DNA of 64,000 bases, taken from the IMG/VR virus record IMGVR_UViG_3300002855_000001, positions 1 to 64,000 of that record; one strand, 5' to 3'. Positions 36,454 through 44,482 of this stretch are shown piece by piece. The notes beneath the pieces were generated by a model. It was not told the origin of the DNA, ran no database searches, and was given only the letters and a program-made list of their open reading frames with translations. The position numbers and the translations under genes were made by a program. This DNA is from a virus. The stretch's first letter is position 1. Every line of letters starts with the position of its first letter.

Positions 36454-37221
36454 ATGAAAAATGTAGCAATTTACTGGGATTTTGACAACATTCAACTTAG
36501 TATTCAGAGGCATTATGGACAATCTGCTGAAAACATAGCTAAGTTGATTCAGAAAATCGAAGAAATCTATTCTAATGACTCAATTCGAATTCATAAGGCT
36601 TTTGCTGATTTTGAAAAAATCACTAAAACTCAAACGGATTTACAAAAGAAGAAAGTAACCCCTATCCATGTATTTAGTAGCAACTCTGGTAGCGAATCTA
36701 GAAAAAATGCCAGCGACATCGAGTTATGTTTAGATGTTCTAGAAACTGCTCTGACTAACGAAGATATCAACGAATTTGTAATTGTATCTGCTGACAAAGA
36801 TATGATCCCTCTATTATCAAAGCTAAGGTATCATGGTAAAAGAACATTCTTAATTTACTTGGATAAAACTATTGCTGAAGACAAATTGCTAATCAATTTT
36901 GCTAACCAATCAAGCTCGATTGAAGAGTTAATTGAGATGAAGCTGCCTGACCCAAGTGAATTAACAAGAGAAAAAATAGAGGCTTATTCAGAAGAAATAG
37001 TGAATATTGCAACTGCATTTTTTGACAGAAATAAATTTAAGCCTACCATCTTCTTAGGCAAGACAGTTTTTGTTAAAGAGATTACTGACAAAATAGGTCT
37101 ACCAGTGGAGATTGTCGAGCAAATTATTACTCATTGTATAGACACAGATAAACTAACTTTAGTTGAATTTGATGGTGGTAAGATCAAATACGAATTAGCA
37201 AAAAAATTAACAGTGGTTTAA
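36454..37221 (+). CDS. NYN-domain (LabA/DUF88-like) putative ribonuclease
   Basis: VAIYWDFDNI, IRIHKAFADF, ASDIELCLDVLE and FVIVSADKDMIPLLSKLRYHGKR match the NYN/PIN-like acidic motif order. ATG 36454 follows the SD AAAGGGAGG (track start GTG 36412 lies upstream of the SD). Confidence 0.65.
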   Translation: MKNVAIYWDFDNIQLSIQRHYGQSAENIAKLIQKIEEIYSNDSIRIHKAFADFEKITKTQTDLQKKKVTPIHVFSSNSGSESRKNASDIELCLDVLETALTNEDINEFVIVSADKDMIPLLSKLRYHGKRTFLIYLDKTIAEDKLLINFANQSSSIEELIEMKLPDPSELTREKIEAYSEEIVNIATAFFDRNKFKPTIFLGKTVFVKEITDKIGLPVEIVEQIITHCIDTDKLTLVEFDGGKIKYELAKKLTVV

Positions 37222-37230
37222 TTCTATTGA

Positions 37231-37259
37231 TTGACAACAAATGTTAAAAGTGGTATCAT
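37231..37259 (+). promoter_or_regulatory. strong sigma-A-type promoter
   Basis: -35 TTGACA (37231-37236), 17-nt spacer, TG-extended -10 TATCAT (37254-37259). Confidence 0.6.
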
Positions 37260-37265
37260 TGACTT

Positions 37266-37355
37266 ATCAAATTCAGATTGTTTTTCATTTTTATTTCAGT
37301 TTTGGTTTCAGGGTTAGTTTCAGATAGAATCCGACTTTTCAATCGGATTCTTTTT
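37266..37355 (+). ncRNA. candidate short terminated leader RNA (about 90 nt)
   Basis: Predicted from the promoter at 37231-37259 to the terminator at 37326-37355. Contains four TTCAG motifs (37272, 37295, 37307, 37319), the last three spaced 12 nt apart. No ORF. Confidence 0.4.
37326..37355 (+). terminator. intrinsic terminator 1 upstream of the receptor-binding cluster
   Basis: AGAATCCGA/TCGGATTCT 9-bp stem, 8-nt loop, then TTTT. Confidence 0.7.
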
Positions 37356-37408
37356 CATTTTACAGGCATATTGTTTGTTTTATAGAACTAAATACATACT
37401 AATAAAAC

Positions 37409-37432
37409 GACACTTTCATAGTGTCTTTTTTT
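37409..37432 (+). terminator. intrinsic terminator 2 upstream of the receptor-binding cluster
   Basis: GACACT/AGTGTC stem, loop TTCAT, then a run of 7 T. Confidence 0.55.
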
Positions 37433-37460
37433 GTTTTAAATAAAAATTTGAGGTGGTTTT

Positions 37461-37934
37461 ATGGCTAATGTGGCTGTAAATGGCTCGGAAATTACACCTG
37501 CTACAAAATCAGGACATGTTACCTATGATATTGAAAGATATGTTTGTGTTGACTGGGATGAAGAAACGGGAGAGTGCATAAGTCGTAGTTGGAGAGGTGA
37601 TGGCTCTGGATCAACAGGAGCTAAAGTAACAACGGGAACAATTTCTGCAAACTCTAAAATGAAAATCAATGGTACGAGTGTAGCAAAAGTAGGGGATACA
37701 GTTAACTACAGTTGGGTTGCCGATCCACCAGTTCCCAGTAACACCACAAACACAAGATATGTAAACATTTCTCCAGCAACTTCAGGGAGTGGCACAGGAA
37801 CGATCACAGGTGGCAGCAACAAAGGAAAGCTTGGTGGTCAATCCATTGCCTTAGTAGGAAGTGAAGTTTCGTTGGACATAGGAGTGACAACAACAATTTC
37901 TGATGGCGTATCTAAAATGAAATTCAATAGCTGA
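37461..37934 (+). CDS. Gly/Thr-rich beta protein with PAAR-like repeats (possible spike-tip protein)
   Basis: SD GAGGTGG. The repeats VNGSEITPATKSG, INGTSVAKVGDTV and LGGQSIALVGSEV resemble PAAR-type strands. Confidence 0.3.
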   Translation: MANVAVNGSEITPATKSGHVTYDIERYVCVDWDEETGECISRSWRGDGSGSTGAKVTTGTISANSKMKINGTSVAKVGDTVNYSWVADPPVPSNTTNTRYVNISPATSGSGTGTITGGSNKGKLGGQSIALVGSEVSLDIGVTTTISDGVSKMKFNS

Positions 37935-37947
37935 GGGAGGTGAATAA

Positions 37948-39120
37948 ATGCCAAATTTAAGAACATATCTAGAGTATAATAATCCACTAGCCATCATTTA
38001 CAGAACGGGGAGTACAGACGACCCTTTTGTACCCAGAATTAACAGTATGCCCGTAATCAATAATTTGATCACATTATTAGAAGTTCCTTCTGAGGCTCAC
38101 GGTGTACAGATAGCAGGATTTACTGAGATAACCAGAGATAAATATGATAGAACATTATTTATAGGTGAGAATGAGTTTCTTGTAAACTACTCTATTGGTA
38201 ATATTCAATTTAATCCTATTCATGATGGTAAAACATTTACTTGTTCTTTCATGTCTCGCGGATTAATTATGTACCCAGCATCAAGAATTTACACATTAGC
38301 AAGAGAAAATCCAGATATAGTTGTAACATTGCAGGACTACATAGATTCCCTTAATAATTATCAGAATGTTATTAATCTTAAACTAGATGAAATTAATAAG
38401 GCAATTACTCGGTCTATTGAGACTACAAATGATGCTAATGCTGCGATAGACAATGCTAATATTGCAACAAAGGATGCCAAAGATGCAACCAATGCCGCAT
38501 TAGAAGCTGCTAGAACAACATATACAATCAGAAAACCCCCAGTGGATGAATATAAAGATTTGGCAACTACCTACCCTAAGCCTGAAAACGGGTGGCAGGT
38601 TACGTTAAATACCACAGGTGATATTTATCGTTTTAATGGGTACTCAGGCCAGTGGGAACTGGTGGGCAATTTAATTGGTGGTGCGATCCCATATGCTTCA
38701 GAAGTGTCGGATGGAATTATTAAAAAGGAAGATTATAAAAACTTCGTAACTAGACCTGCATTCTTTAGTGTCCAAAAAGTGCTATCCCAAGGTGTCCAGC
38801 CTGTGGGATTTTTTCGTATGCCATCTGATGGACAAATACTTGCAGTAGAGGCTTATTGCACAGAGGTTGGATTAGTTAACTCTACAGAGATATCAATTGA
38901 TCGCATATCTAGGTATGACCTTGAAAACGGTGGTAGTTGGGACAATATTTTTTCAAAGAATTTAATTATTTCACCGAGAAGTCCAATATCTACAGGCGGT
39001 ACTATTGCTGATAAAATTGCAATGAAAGATGATCTTTTTAGGGTGAATATATCGCAGTATGATGATGCAGTTAGAGGAATCTCAATAGTGATGACAATTA
39101 ACACTACATACACAGAGTAA
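37948..39120 (+). CDS. tail-fibre / baseplate-like structural protein with central coiled coil
   Basis: SD GGGAGGTG. Central Ala/Asn-rich heptads (NDANAAIDNANIATKDAKDATNAALEAA) and a beta-rich C-terminus. Confidence 0.4.
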   Translation: MPNLRTYLEYNNPLAIIYRTGSTDDPFVPRINSMPVINNLITLLEVPSEAHGVQIAGFTEITRDKYDRTLFIGENEFLVNYSIGNIQFNPIHDGKTFTCSFMSRGLIMYPASRIYTLARENPDIVVTLQDYIDSLNNYQNVINLKLDEINKAITRSIETTNDANAAIDNANIATKDAKDATNAALEAARTTYTIRKPPVDEYKDLATTYPKPENGWQVTLNTTGDIYRFNGYSGQWELVGNLIGGAIPYASEVSDGIIKKEDYKNFVTRPAFFSVQKVLSQGVQPVGFFRMPSDGQILAVEAYCTEVGLVNSTEISIDRISRYDLENGGSWDNIFSKNLIISPRSPISTGGTIADKIAMKDDLFRVNISQYDDAVRGISIVMTINTTYTE

Positions 39121-39150
39121 TAATAGAAATAGAATAGGAGAATGATACAA

Positions 39151-39615
39151 ATGGCAGTACAAATATCATGGTGGAAGCAAGATAACTTGAGTCAATGGGC
39201 AAATTGGGCAGTTGGTACGGTTGATGCAGGTTCAACATCACAAAATAGCATATTTCTAATTTGGAATAACCGTGGTGGATCAACTGCAATCAGTAATGCT
39301 GAGAGTTGCACACTAACTACTAAGGATGTTGCTGGTGGAGATACTGGTGAGCTAGTTACGGATAAATGGATTTGGGCTAGAGTTGACACAATGGGTGAAA
39401 CATCAACATTTGCGGCAATAGGTGGCACAAGCACTAAGGCTATTAAAGCAGGTGGCACAGCTCCAGCAGGTACAATTAGTGGTGCAGCCAACGATGGAAC
39501 AGTTGCTAACGCCAAGAATAATTTCGCTCAAGTAACTCTGCAAGCAAGACCTACTGTAACAGCAACAGCAGGGAATGTAAACTTCCTACTTAGATTACAG
39601 TATACTTTCCAGTAA
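39151..39615 (+). CDS. hypothetical beta-rich structural protein
   Basis: ATG 39151 lies 10 nt after the SD GGAG (track start 39142 abuts the SD). Gly/Thr/Ala-rich. Followed by a terminator. Confidence 0.6.
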   Translation: MAVQISWWKQDNLSQWANWAVGTVDAGSTSQNSIFLIWNNRGGSTAISNAESCTLTTKDVAGGDTGELVTDKWIWARVDTMGETSTFAAIGGTSTKAIKAGGTAPAGTISGAANDGTVANAKNNFAQVTLQARPTVTATAGNVNFLLRLQYTFQ

Positions 39616-39640
39616 AATATATAATATAAAATCAATAAAA

Positions 39641-39678
39641 ATGGACTAGGAATTTATTATTCTTAGTCCATTTTATTT
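39641..39678 (+). terminator. intrinsic terminator
   Basis: ATGGACTAGGAAT/ATTCTTAGTCCAT 13-bp stem (one G-U), then TTTTATTT. Confidence 0.7.
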
Positions 39679-39693
39679 AAGGCGAGTGATGAC

Positions 39694-40308
39694 ATGGATA
39701 ATAAGTTGCTACTACATAGCCCTGTAACAGATCAGGACTTTATTTGGATAGCATCATATATGGATGGAACATATTTATCAGAGATTTCTTATGATACCAA
39801 AATTACAAATCCGTTTGATAGTGTTAACAGAAATAGTTTAATCAGATTTGGTTTAGTTGGACAAGGAATGAACCTCTATTTTGAGGTCTATGGTGGCGAA
39901 TACAAATTAGCTGGCAGAGTTGTTGAGATACTATACAAAGATAAGAAAACTAATAAAGAATATAATTTAACAGGCCACGGTTTACTTCCATACAATAATA
40001 TTCATCAACATAAAAATGGTGAAACATCATTTAATTCTTTAGACAACAGTGGTTATGGAAGTGGTGTGATAACTCAATACAATTTTGGATACACAAAAAA
40101 TCTACTGATAGATGACGTTAATTTCACACTGAAAACTACATGCTGCATACCGTATGGAAGATTAATTTATATAAACATTGAATTAACAGCAGATAGAGAT
40201 TTCGAAGATGGACTAATAGTCTTTAGAAAAAATGGAATCGAGAACATTGAATTGGACGCACCTTTAGAGAGTGGTCAAACATGCAGTGGTGACTGGACAG
40301 TAACTTAA
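39694..40308 (+). CDS. hypothetical protein (receptor-binding cluster)
   Basis: SD GGCGAGTG. 204 aa. Confidence 0.6.
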   Translation: MDNKLLLHSPVTDQDFIWIASYMDGTYLSEISYDTKITNPFDSVNRNSLIRFGLVGQGMNLYFEVYGGEYKLAGRVVEILYKDKKTNKEYNLTGHGLLPYNNIHQHKNGETSFNSLDNSGYGSGVITQYNFGYTKNLLIDDVNFTLKTTCCIPYGRLIYINIELTADRDFEDGLIVFRKNGIENIELDAPLESGQTCSGDWTVT

Positions 40309-40321
40309 GGCAGGTGAAGAT

Positions 40322-40882
40322 ATGGCAACACAAGATATACAAATAAATGTTGATTTATCGACAGGACAATTTTTTAATACTGTATTCAAAAATGGAAAAT
40401 TGCAACTAAAAGAAGTCGGAGTAGATAGTTTAGCTCAGATTATCTATGAGGACAGTGGGTACTGGATTTCAGCACCAATTGAACACGCAGATAAATTTAA
40501 AGAATATAAACCATTTCAATTTTCATTAGATCAACTTGCAGGAAGTCAATATAAAATATCAGTTTCATCGTCTAATGATAATGTAACTTGGAGTAATTTT
40601 GTTGAGGTTGGCGCATTACATGATATGAAGAACACTCCAAGTAGATATATTAAAGTGAAGATTGAATTGACATCTGCGAAGAAGAATGCTCAATTTATAA
40701 TTGATTCATTTACAACAAATAGTTATAACAATGATCAAATTATTGTTGAGGAAGGAAAACTGAAACTAAACAAAGCTCAAATGTTGAATTCTGCTGTCTT
40801 GGTTGAAACTGGCGGTTACATTAAGCGATTTGCAATCAATAAAGCCATATACAAGAAAGTTTCTAGAATAAGGGGTGGATAG
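40322..40882 (+). CDS. hypothetical beta-sandwich-like protein
   Basis: SD AGGCAGGTGAAG. The pattern YKISVSSSNDNVTWSNFVEV...RYIKVKIEL resembles galactose-binding-like folds. Confidence 0.55.
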   Translation: MATQDIQINVDLSTGQFFNTVFKNGKLQLKEVGVDSLAQIIYEDSGYWISAPIEHADKFKEYKPFQFSLDQLAGSQYKISVSSSNDNVTWSNFVEVGALHDMKNTPSRYIKVKIELTSAKKNAQFIIDSFTTNSYNNDQIIVEEGKLKLNKAQMLNSAVLVETGGYIKRFAINKAIYKKVSRIRGG

Positions 40883-40886
40883 CGAA

Positions 40887-41654
40887 ATGCCAAATTTGAA
40901 ATACCTGATTCATGACGATGGATTTTATAAGAAGTGGATTGAGGGTGCGCCTGAAGTACTAGAGAAATATGAAAATATTGTACCTATTATGACCTCTAAT
41001 ACCACTCCTAGCGGAATTGCTAGTGCGAGTACTGCATATGGTAATGCTCCAGGATATCTGGCTCATAGAGCGTTTAATGAAGTTCTAAATGATGCAAACA
41101 ATGCTTGGTTGTCTCAAGGTGTGACCGGTGCAGATTGGCTAGCCTACCAGTCTCCTTCTCCAGAAAGAGTGACGAGATATGCTATTGCACCCAACATGCT
41201 AATGAATGGCAGTCAGCCTAAATCTTGGAGATTTGAAGGATACAATGGTTCAACTTGGACTACCCTTGACACAAGAGAAAATATTACTTCTTGGACTGCA
41301 CAACAATATAATGTCTATAATATTACCAATGCTAATTCATATGCTGCACACAGGTTGTTTGTTTTGAGTAACAACGGATTAAGTAGTTATGTTTCGATTG
41401 CTGGATTTCGAATATTTAAATACATACCATACTCACCGCCTACTTTCAGTGGTTGGGTGAATGTGTCTTCTACACTACCATCCAAAGAAACTTTTGATCA
41501 AGAAGGATTTGACAAATTTGATTTTTTAGATAGAAAATCAAAAACTTTGAACAATCAATCCACTCTAGTTAATACACTCTCAAATGGGAAGGTCTATAAG
41601 ACCACAATTGATCTTAATAAAATAATTGAACTGAAATCCATACGAGTAGAGTAA
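40887..41654 (+). CDS. discoidin / F5-8 type C-like carbohydrate-binding protein
   Basis: PIMTSNTTPSGIASAS..AHRAFN..AWLS..DWLAYQ..VTRYAI..SWRFEGYNGSTWTTLD...HRLFVL is the usual phage discoidin-like pattern. ATG 40887 lies 7 nt after the SD AAGGGGTGGA (track start GTG 40875). Confidence 0.5.
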   Translation: MPNLKYLIHDDGFYKKWIEGAPEVLEKYENIVPIMTSNTTPSGIASASTAYGNAPGYLAHRAFNEVLNDANNAWLSQGVTGADWLAYQSPSPERVTRYAIAPNMLMNGSQPKSWRFEGYNGSTWTTLDTRENITSWTAQQYNVYNITNANSYAAHRLFVLSNNGLSSYVSIAGFRIFKYIPYSPPTFSGWVNVSSTLPSKETFDQEGFDKFDFLDRKSKTLNNQSTLVNTLSNGKVYKTTIDLNKIIELKSIRVE

Positions 41655-41701
41655 TCTACATCTATGGATTTTTATGTTTTGAATAAGCGAGGTAATGCTT
41701 A

Positions 41702-42481
41702 ATGAAACAAATTATAACATGGGACACAGTAAACAAGGGAACAAACGTTACATCGTTTAGTAATAACAATTTAACTGTTTCTCTTGTTAATGCTTTCGGT
41801 TCAGCGAGAGCGACAGCAGGAAAAGTAAGTGGGAAATGGTATTGGGAAGTAAAAGTTGATATTAATAATGCTCCAATGATTGGGATTGTCTCTAAGTCAG
41901 GCGATCTAAATGCCAACCTTGCAACTACTACCGAAGCTAGATTGTACTATGGTTCTAACGGAACTATTTATCCAAGCGGAGTTAACTATGGTGGTTCTTA
42001 TGGTGCAGGAAGTATTATAGGTCTTGCGTTAGATTTAGATGTCGGAACGCTCACATATTACGTTAATGGAGTTAGTAAAGGTGTAGCTTTTAATAATATC
42101 TCCTCATTAGGAGAAGTTTTTCCTGTAGTTTCAAGTGGAAGCTCGTCAGGTGGTGGGACATTTACTGCAAACTTTGGTGCAACTGCTTTTGCTCATCCTA
42201 TTCCAAATGACTATGCTCCCTATTCTGGAGACAATAATAGATATCTGCTTTCGAGTAGCAAAGTGTTTTCTAGTAAAAATGAAAAAATTATAGAGATTGA
42301 TAATCAGCAAGAAAACTCATTTATTAATTATGGCTTGCGTGGCTACGAATCTATCTCTACTTCTACCATATACAATGGAGTAACAAACGTAGTAACACAA
42401 AGTCAGCCACTAGGTAATGGCAAGACATTTACACACACAATTGATTTAGATAAATGGAGAGGTAAAAAGATAATCCTATAA
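41702..42481 (+). CDS. SPRY (B30.2-like) domain protein
   Basis: GKWYWEVKV, IGIVSKS, GSIIGLALDLDVGTLTYYVNGVSKGVAF, VFPVVSSG and ANFG give a full SPRY motif series. Confidence 0.75.
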   Translation: MKQIITWDTVNKGTNVTSFSNNNLTVSLVNAFGSARATAGKVSGKWYWEVKVDINNAPMIGIVSKSGDLNANLATTTEARLYYGSNGTIYPSGVNYGGSYGAGSIIGLALDLDVGTLTYYVNGVSKGVAFNNISSLGEVFPVVSSGSSSGGGTFTANFGATAFAHPIPNDYAPYSGDNNRYLLSSSKVFSSKNEKIIEIDNQQENSFINYGLRGYESISTSTIYNGVTNVVTQSQPLGNGKTFTHTIDLDKWRGKKIIL

Positions 42482-42545
42482 GACACTCTGAAGTTATAGA
42501 ATGAGTGTTTTATAGGATTATTTATATTAGAAAGGAAGTGAGAGT

Positions 42546-44450
42546 GTGGCGACAATTGGTCAGCCCTTAACTGCTCCTGAAAATGGTTGGAGAAGATACG
42601 ATGATAATGATTTATTTCTAAAATACAGTGGAATTTGGACTAAAGTTAGTTTTTCAGGTTTTTGGGGTAGTGCGCAAGCATCTACTACTGAACTTGGCGC
42701 AAAAGTAGAGTTTTATTTTACAGGAACAAAATTAAGACTCTTAGGACAGTCTTTTTCTAATGGTGACGGGAGTGTAAAAATCAGCATTGATGGAAATATT
42801 GAAACATTCTCTCAACAAGGGACTGATATTTATCAAGTGTTGTTTTTTGAAAAAACAGGTCTAACTAATAAAACTCATAAAGTAATTATAGAAAAAACAT
42901 CAGACAGCACAAAATATATTCGATTAGATGCAATAGATATAGAGAGCACAGGAGTCCTTAAAGACCCTAATAAACCATATGACAATAAAATCTTGATTTC
43001 ATCTGGTGGAACTTATAAATACTTCAATGGAGCAAATTGGATAAACCTGTCTGACATTGTTACTGAATCTGACTATTTAACCTATGGTATGGATGGGTCA
43101 GTAATTCCACAAATATCAATACGGGAATTAGAAGGAGTAATTAAAGTCCACCATTACACTGATAATACAGATCAGACTGAATCATCAATAACATTAGAAA
43201 CCGAACCTCTTACATTGGAAGACTACCTAGAGGGAAGTCAATCATTAGATGTCTTAACTTATACTGATAGCGATGAAGTTCCTACTGTAAAAACAGAGGT
43301 TGGTTACAGTCCTATTGATGAACTATCTGATACGTTTGACATTGTGACATTCGTTGAAACTAGTAGTGAATCAGAAAATATTAATGTAACTGCAAATGTC
43401 ATTCCGAAAAATCAATTTGTCACTAAGGCAAGCAATATTCTATACTACGGTGATATACAGTCGTTCGTTACAAGCATTACTTCAAGCAGTCCAGATTTGA
43501 GCAAAATTAGGTTTCTATTATCGTTTGACAATGGTTCTACATGGAAATCGTTCGTACACGATAAATGGAAAGATGTAAATATCAGTAATAAATTTGACAT
43601 TCTTTTGCATGGAATGCGATCAAATGATATTAACTCTATACCAAAAGAGCAATTTAACAATGTTCTAACTAATGGAATGAGAATTGGATACTATATCGAA
43701 GAAAGAGCGTGGACTGATGATAGCGAATCAGTAAATGTTACCAAACTGAACACGAATGCCTCTATTAACGATATAAAAATTTCTAATCTACTTTATTTTG
43801 TAGTTAATACTTTAGCGGTTATTGATGCAAACGTGGCAGGAAATAAGGTGTTAGGAAGTATCACCGATGAGGACTTGGGCAAAGTTCAGTATCGAGTCAA
43901 ATTGAATGGTGAATTCATTTATCCGCTTGATGGTGCATACACACTACTTGCTGACACACCATTAGATTTAGATGTTCAAATCGACAATAAGAAAATCATA
44001 CTTGGTGCCAATAATACAATTCAAGTCGATTTCAAAGACGGATGGGGTAATCTCGATTCTTGGTCAACCTCATTTTTTGGTAAGCCTGTAGGATTGATTT
44101 TCTCCACTCCAGCAGGACAATATTATTCCAATGCATTTGGTGAGATATTAAGATATTTGAACTTTGGAACTATGATTGCTGGTCAAACAACTGTTGATGA
44201 AAAGGTTGTTCTATCCAATACATTGCCGTTTAAGGTTAAAGATGTTGTTCTTACAACAGAAATAAACGCCCAAGGTGTTGAGATTCAACTGAGTAAAACA
44301 GCGAACCCTTTTATTGCTCAAGAGGGATTAATATATAACGAAGAGCTAAAGACAGATGATAGCGTAGATTTCTATGTACGATTAAAATTGAATGACAATG
44401 CAGTAGGCAATCATTTATTCGATATTAATGCTAGTGCCGATCCTGCTTAG
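42546..44450 (+). CDS. receptor-binding protein with N-terminal CBM-like jelly-roll domain
   Basis: LTAPENGWRRYDDND..LKYSGIW...AKVEFYFTGTKLRLLG...VKISIDG...THKVIIEK...IRLDAIDI is a pattern common in Gram-positive phage minor structural proteins. Confidence 0.45.
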   Translation: MATIGQPLTAPENGWRRYDDNDLFLKYSGIWTKVSFSGFWGSAQASTTELGAKVEFYFTGTKLRLLGQSFSNGDGSVKISIDGNIETFSQQGTDIYQVLFFEKTGLTNKTHKVIIEKTSDSTKYIRLDAIDIESTGVLKDPNKPYDNKILISSGGTYKYFNGANWINLSDIVTESDYLTYGMDGSVIPQISIRELEGVIKVHHYTDNTDQTESSITLETEPLTLEDYLEGSQSLDVLTYTDSDEVPTVKTEVGYSPIDELSDTFDIVTFVETSSESENINVTANVIPKNQFVTKASNILYYGDIQSFVTSITSSSPDLSKIRFLLSFDNGSTWKSFVHDKWKDVNISNKFDILLHGMRSNDINSIPKEQFNNVLTNGMRIGYYIEERAWTDDSESVNVTKLNTNASINDIKISNLLYFVVNTLAVIDANVAGNKVLGSITDEDLGKVQYRVKLNGEFIYPLDGAYTLLADTPLDLDVQIDNKKIILGANNTIQVDFKDGWGNLDSWSTSFFGKPVGLIFSTPAGQYYSNAFGEILRYLNFGTMIAGQTTVDEKVVLSNTLPFKVKDVVLTTEINAQGVEIQLSKTANPFIAQEGLIYNEELKTDDSVDFYVRLKLNDNAVGNHLFDINASADPA

Positions 44451-44482
44451 TTTTCTCAAAATAGCAGTGAGGAGGTGCAAGT

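Noticed and set aside
39192-39515. 107-aa minus-strand ORF rich in Ala/Pro/Val
   Set aside because: It is the antisense shadow of the Gly/Thr/Ala-rich gene 39151-39615. It has no SD and sits in a uniformly plus-strand cluster.
37948-40910. Shared gene starts ATGCCAAATTT (MPNL...) of 37948-39120 and 40887-41654 as a recombination or inversion site for fibre switching
   Set aside because: Only about 11 nt are identical, they are in direct orientation, and no invertase gene lies nearby. This is too short to support a shufflon-like mechanism.
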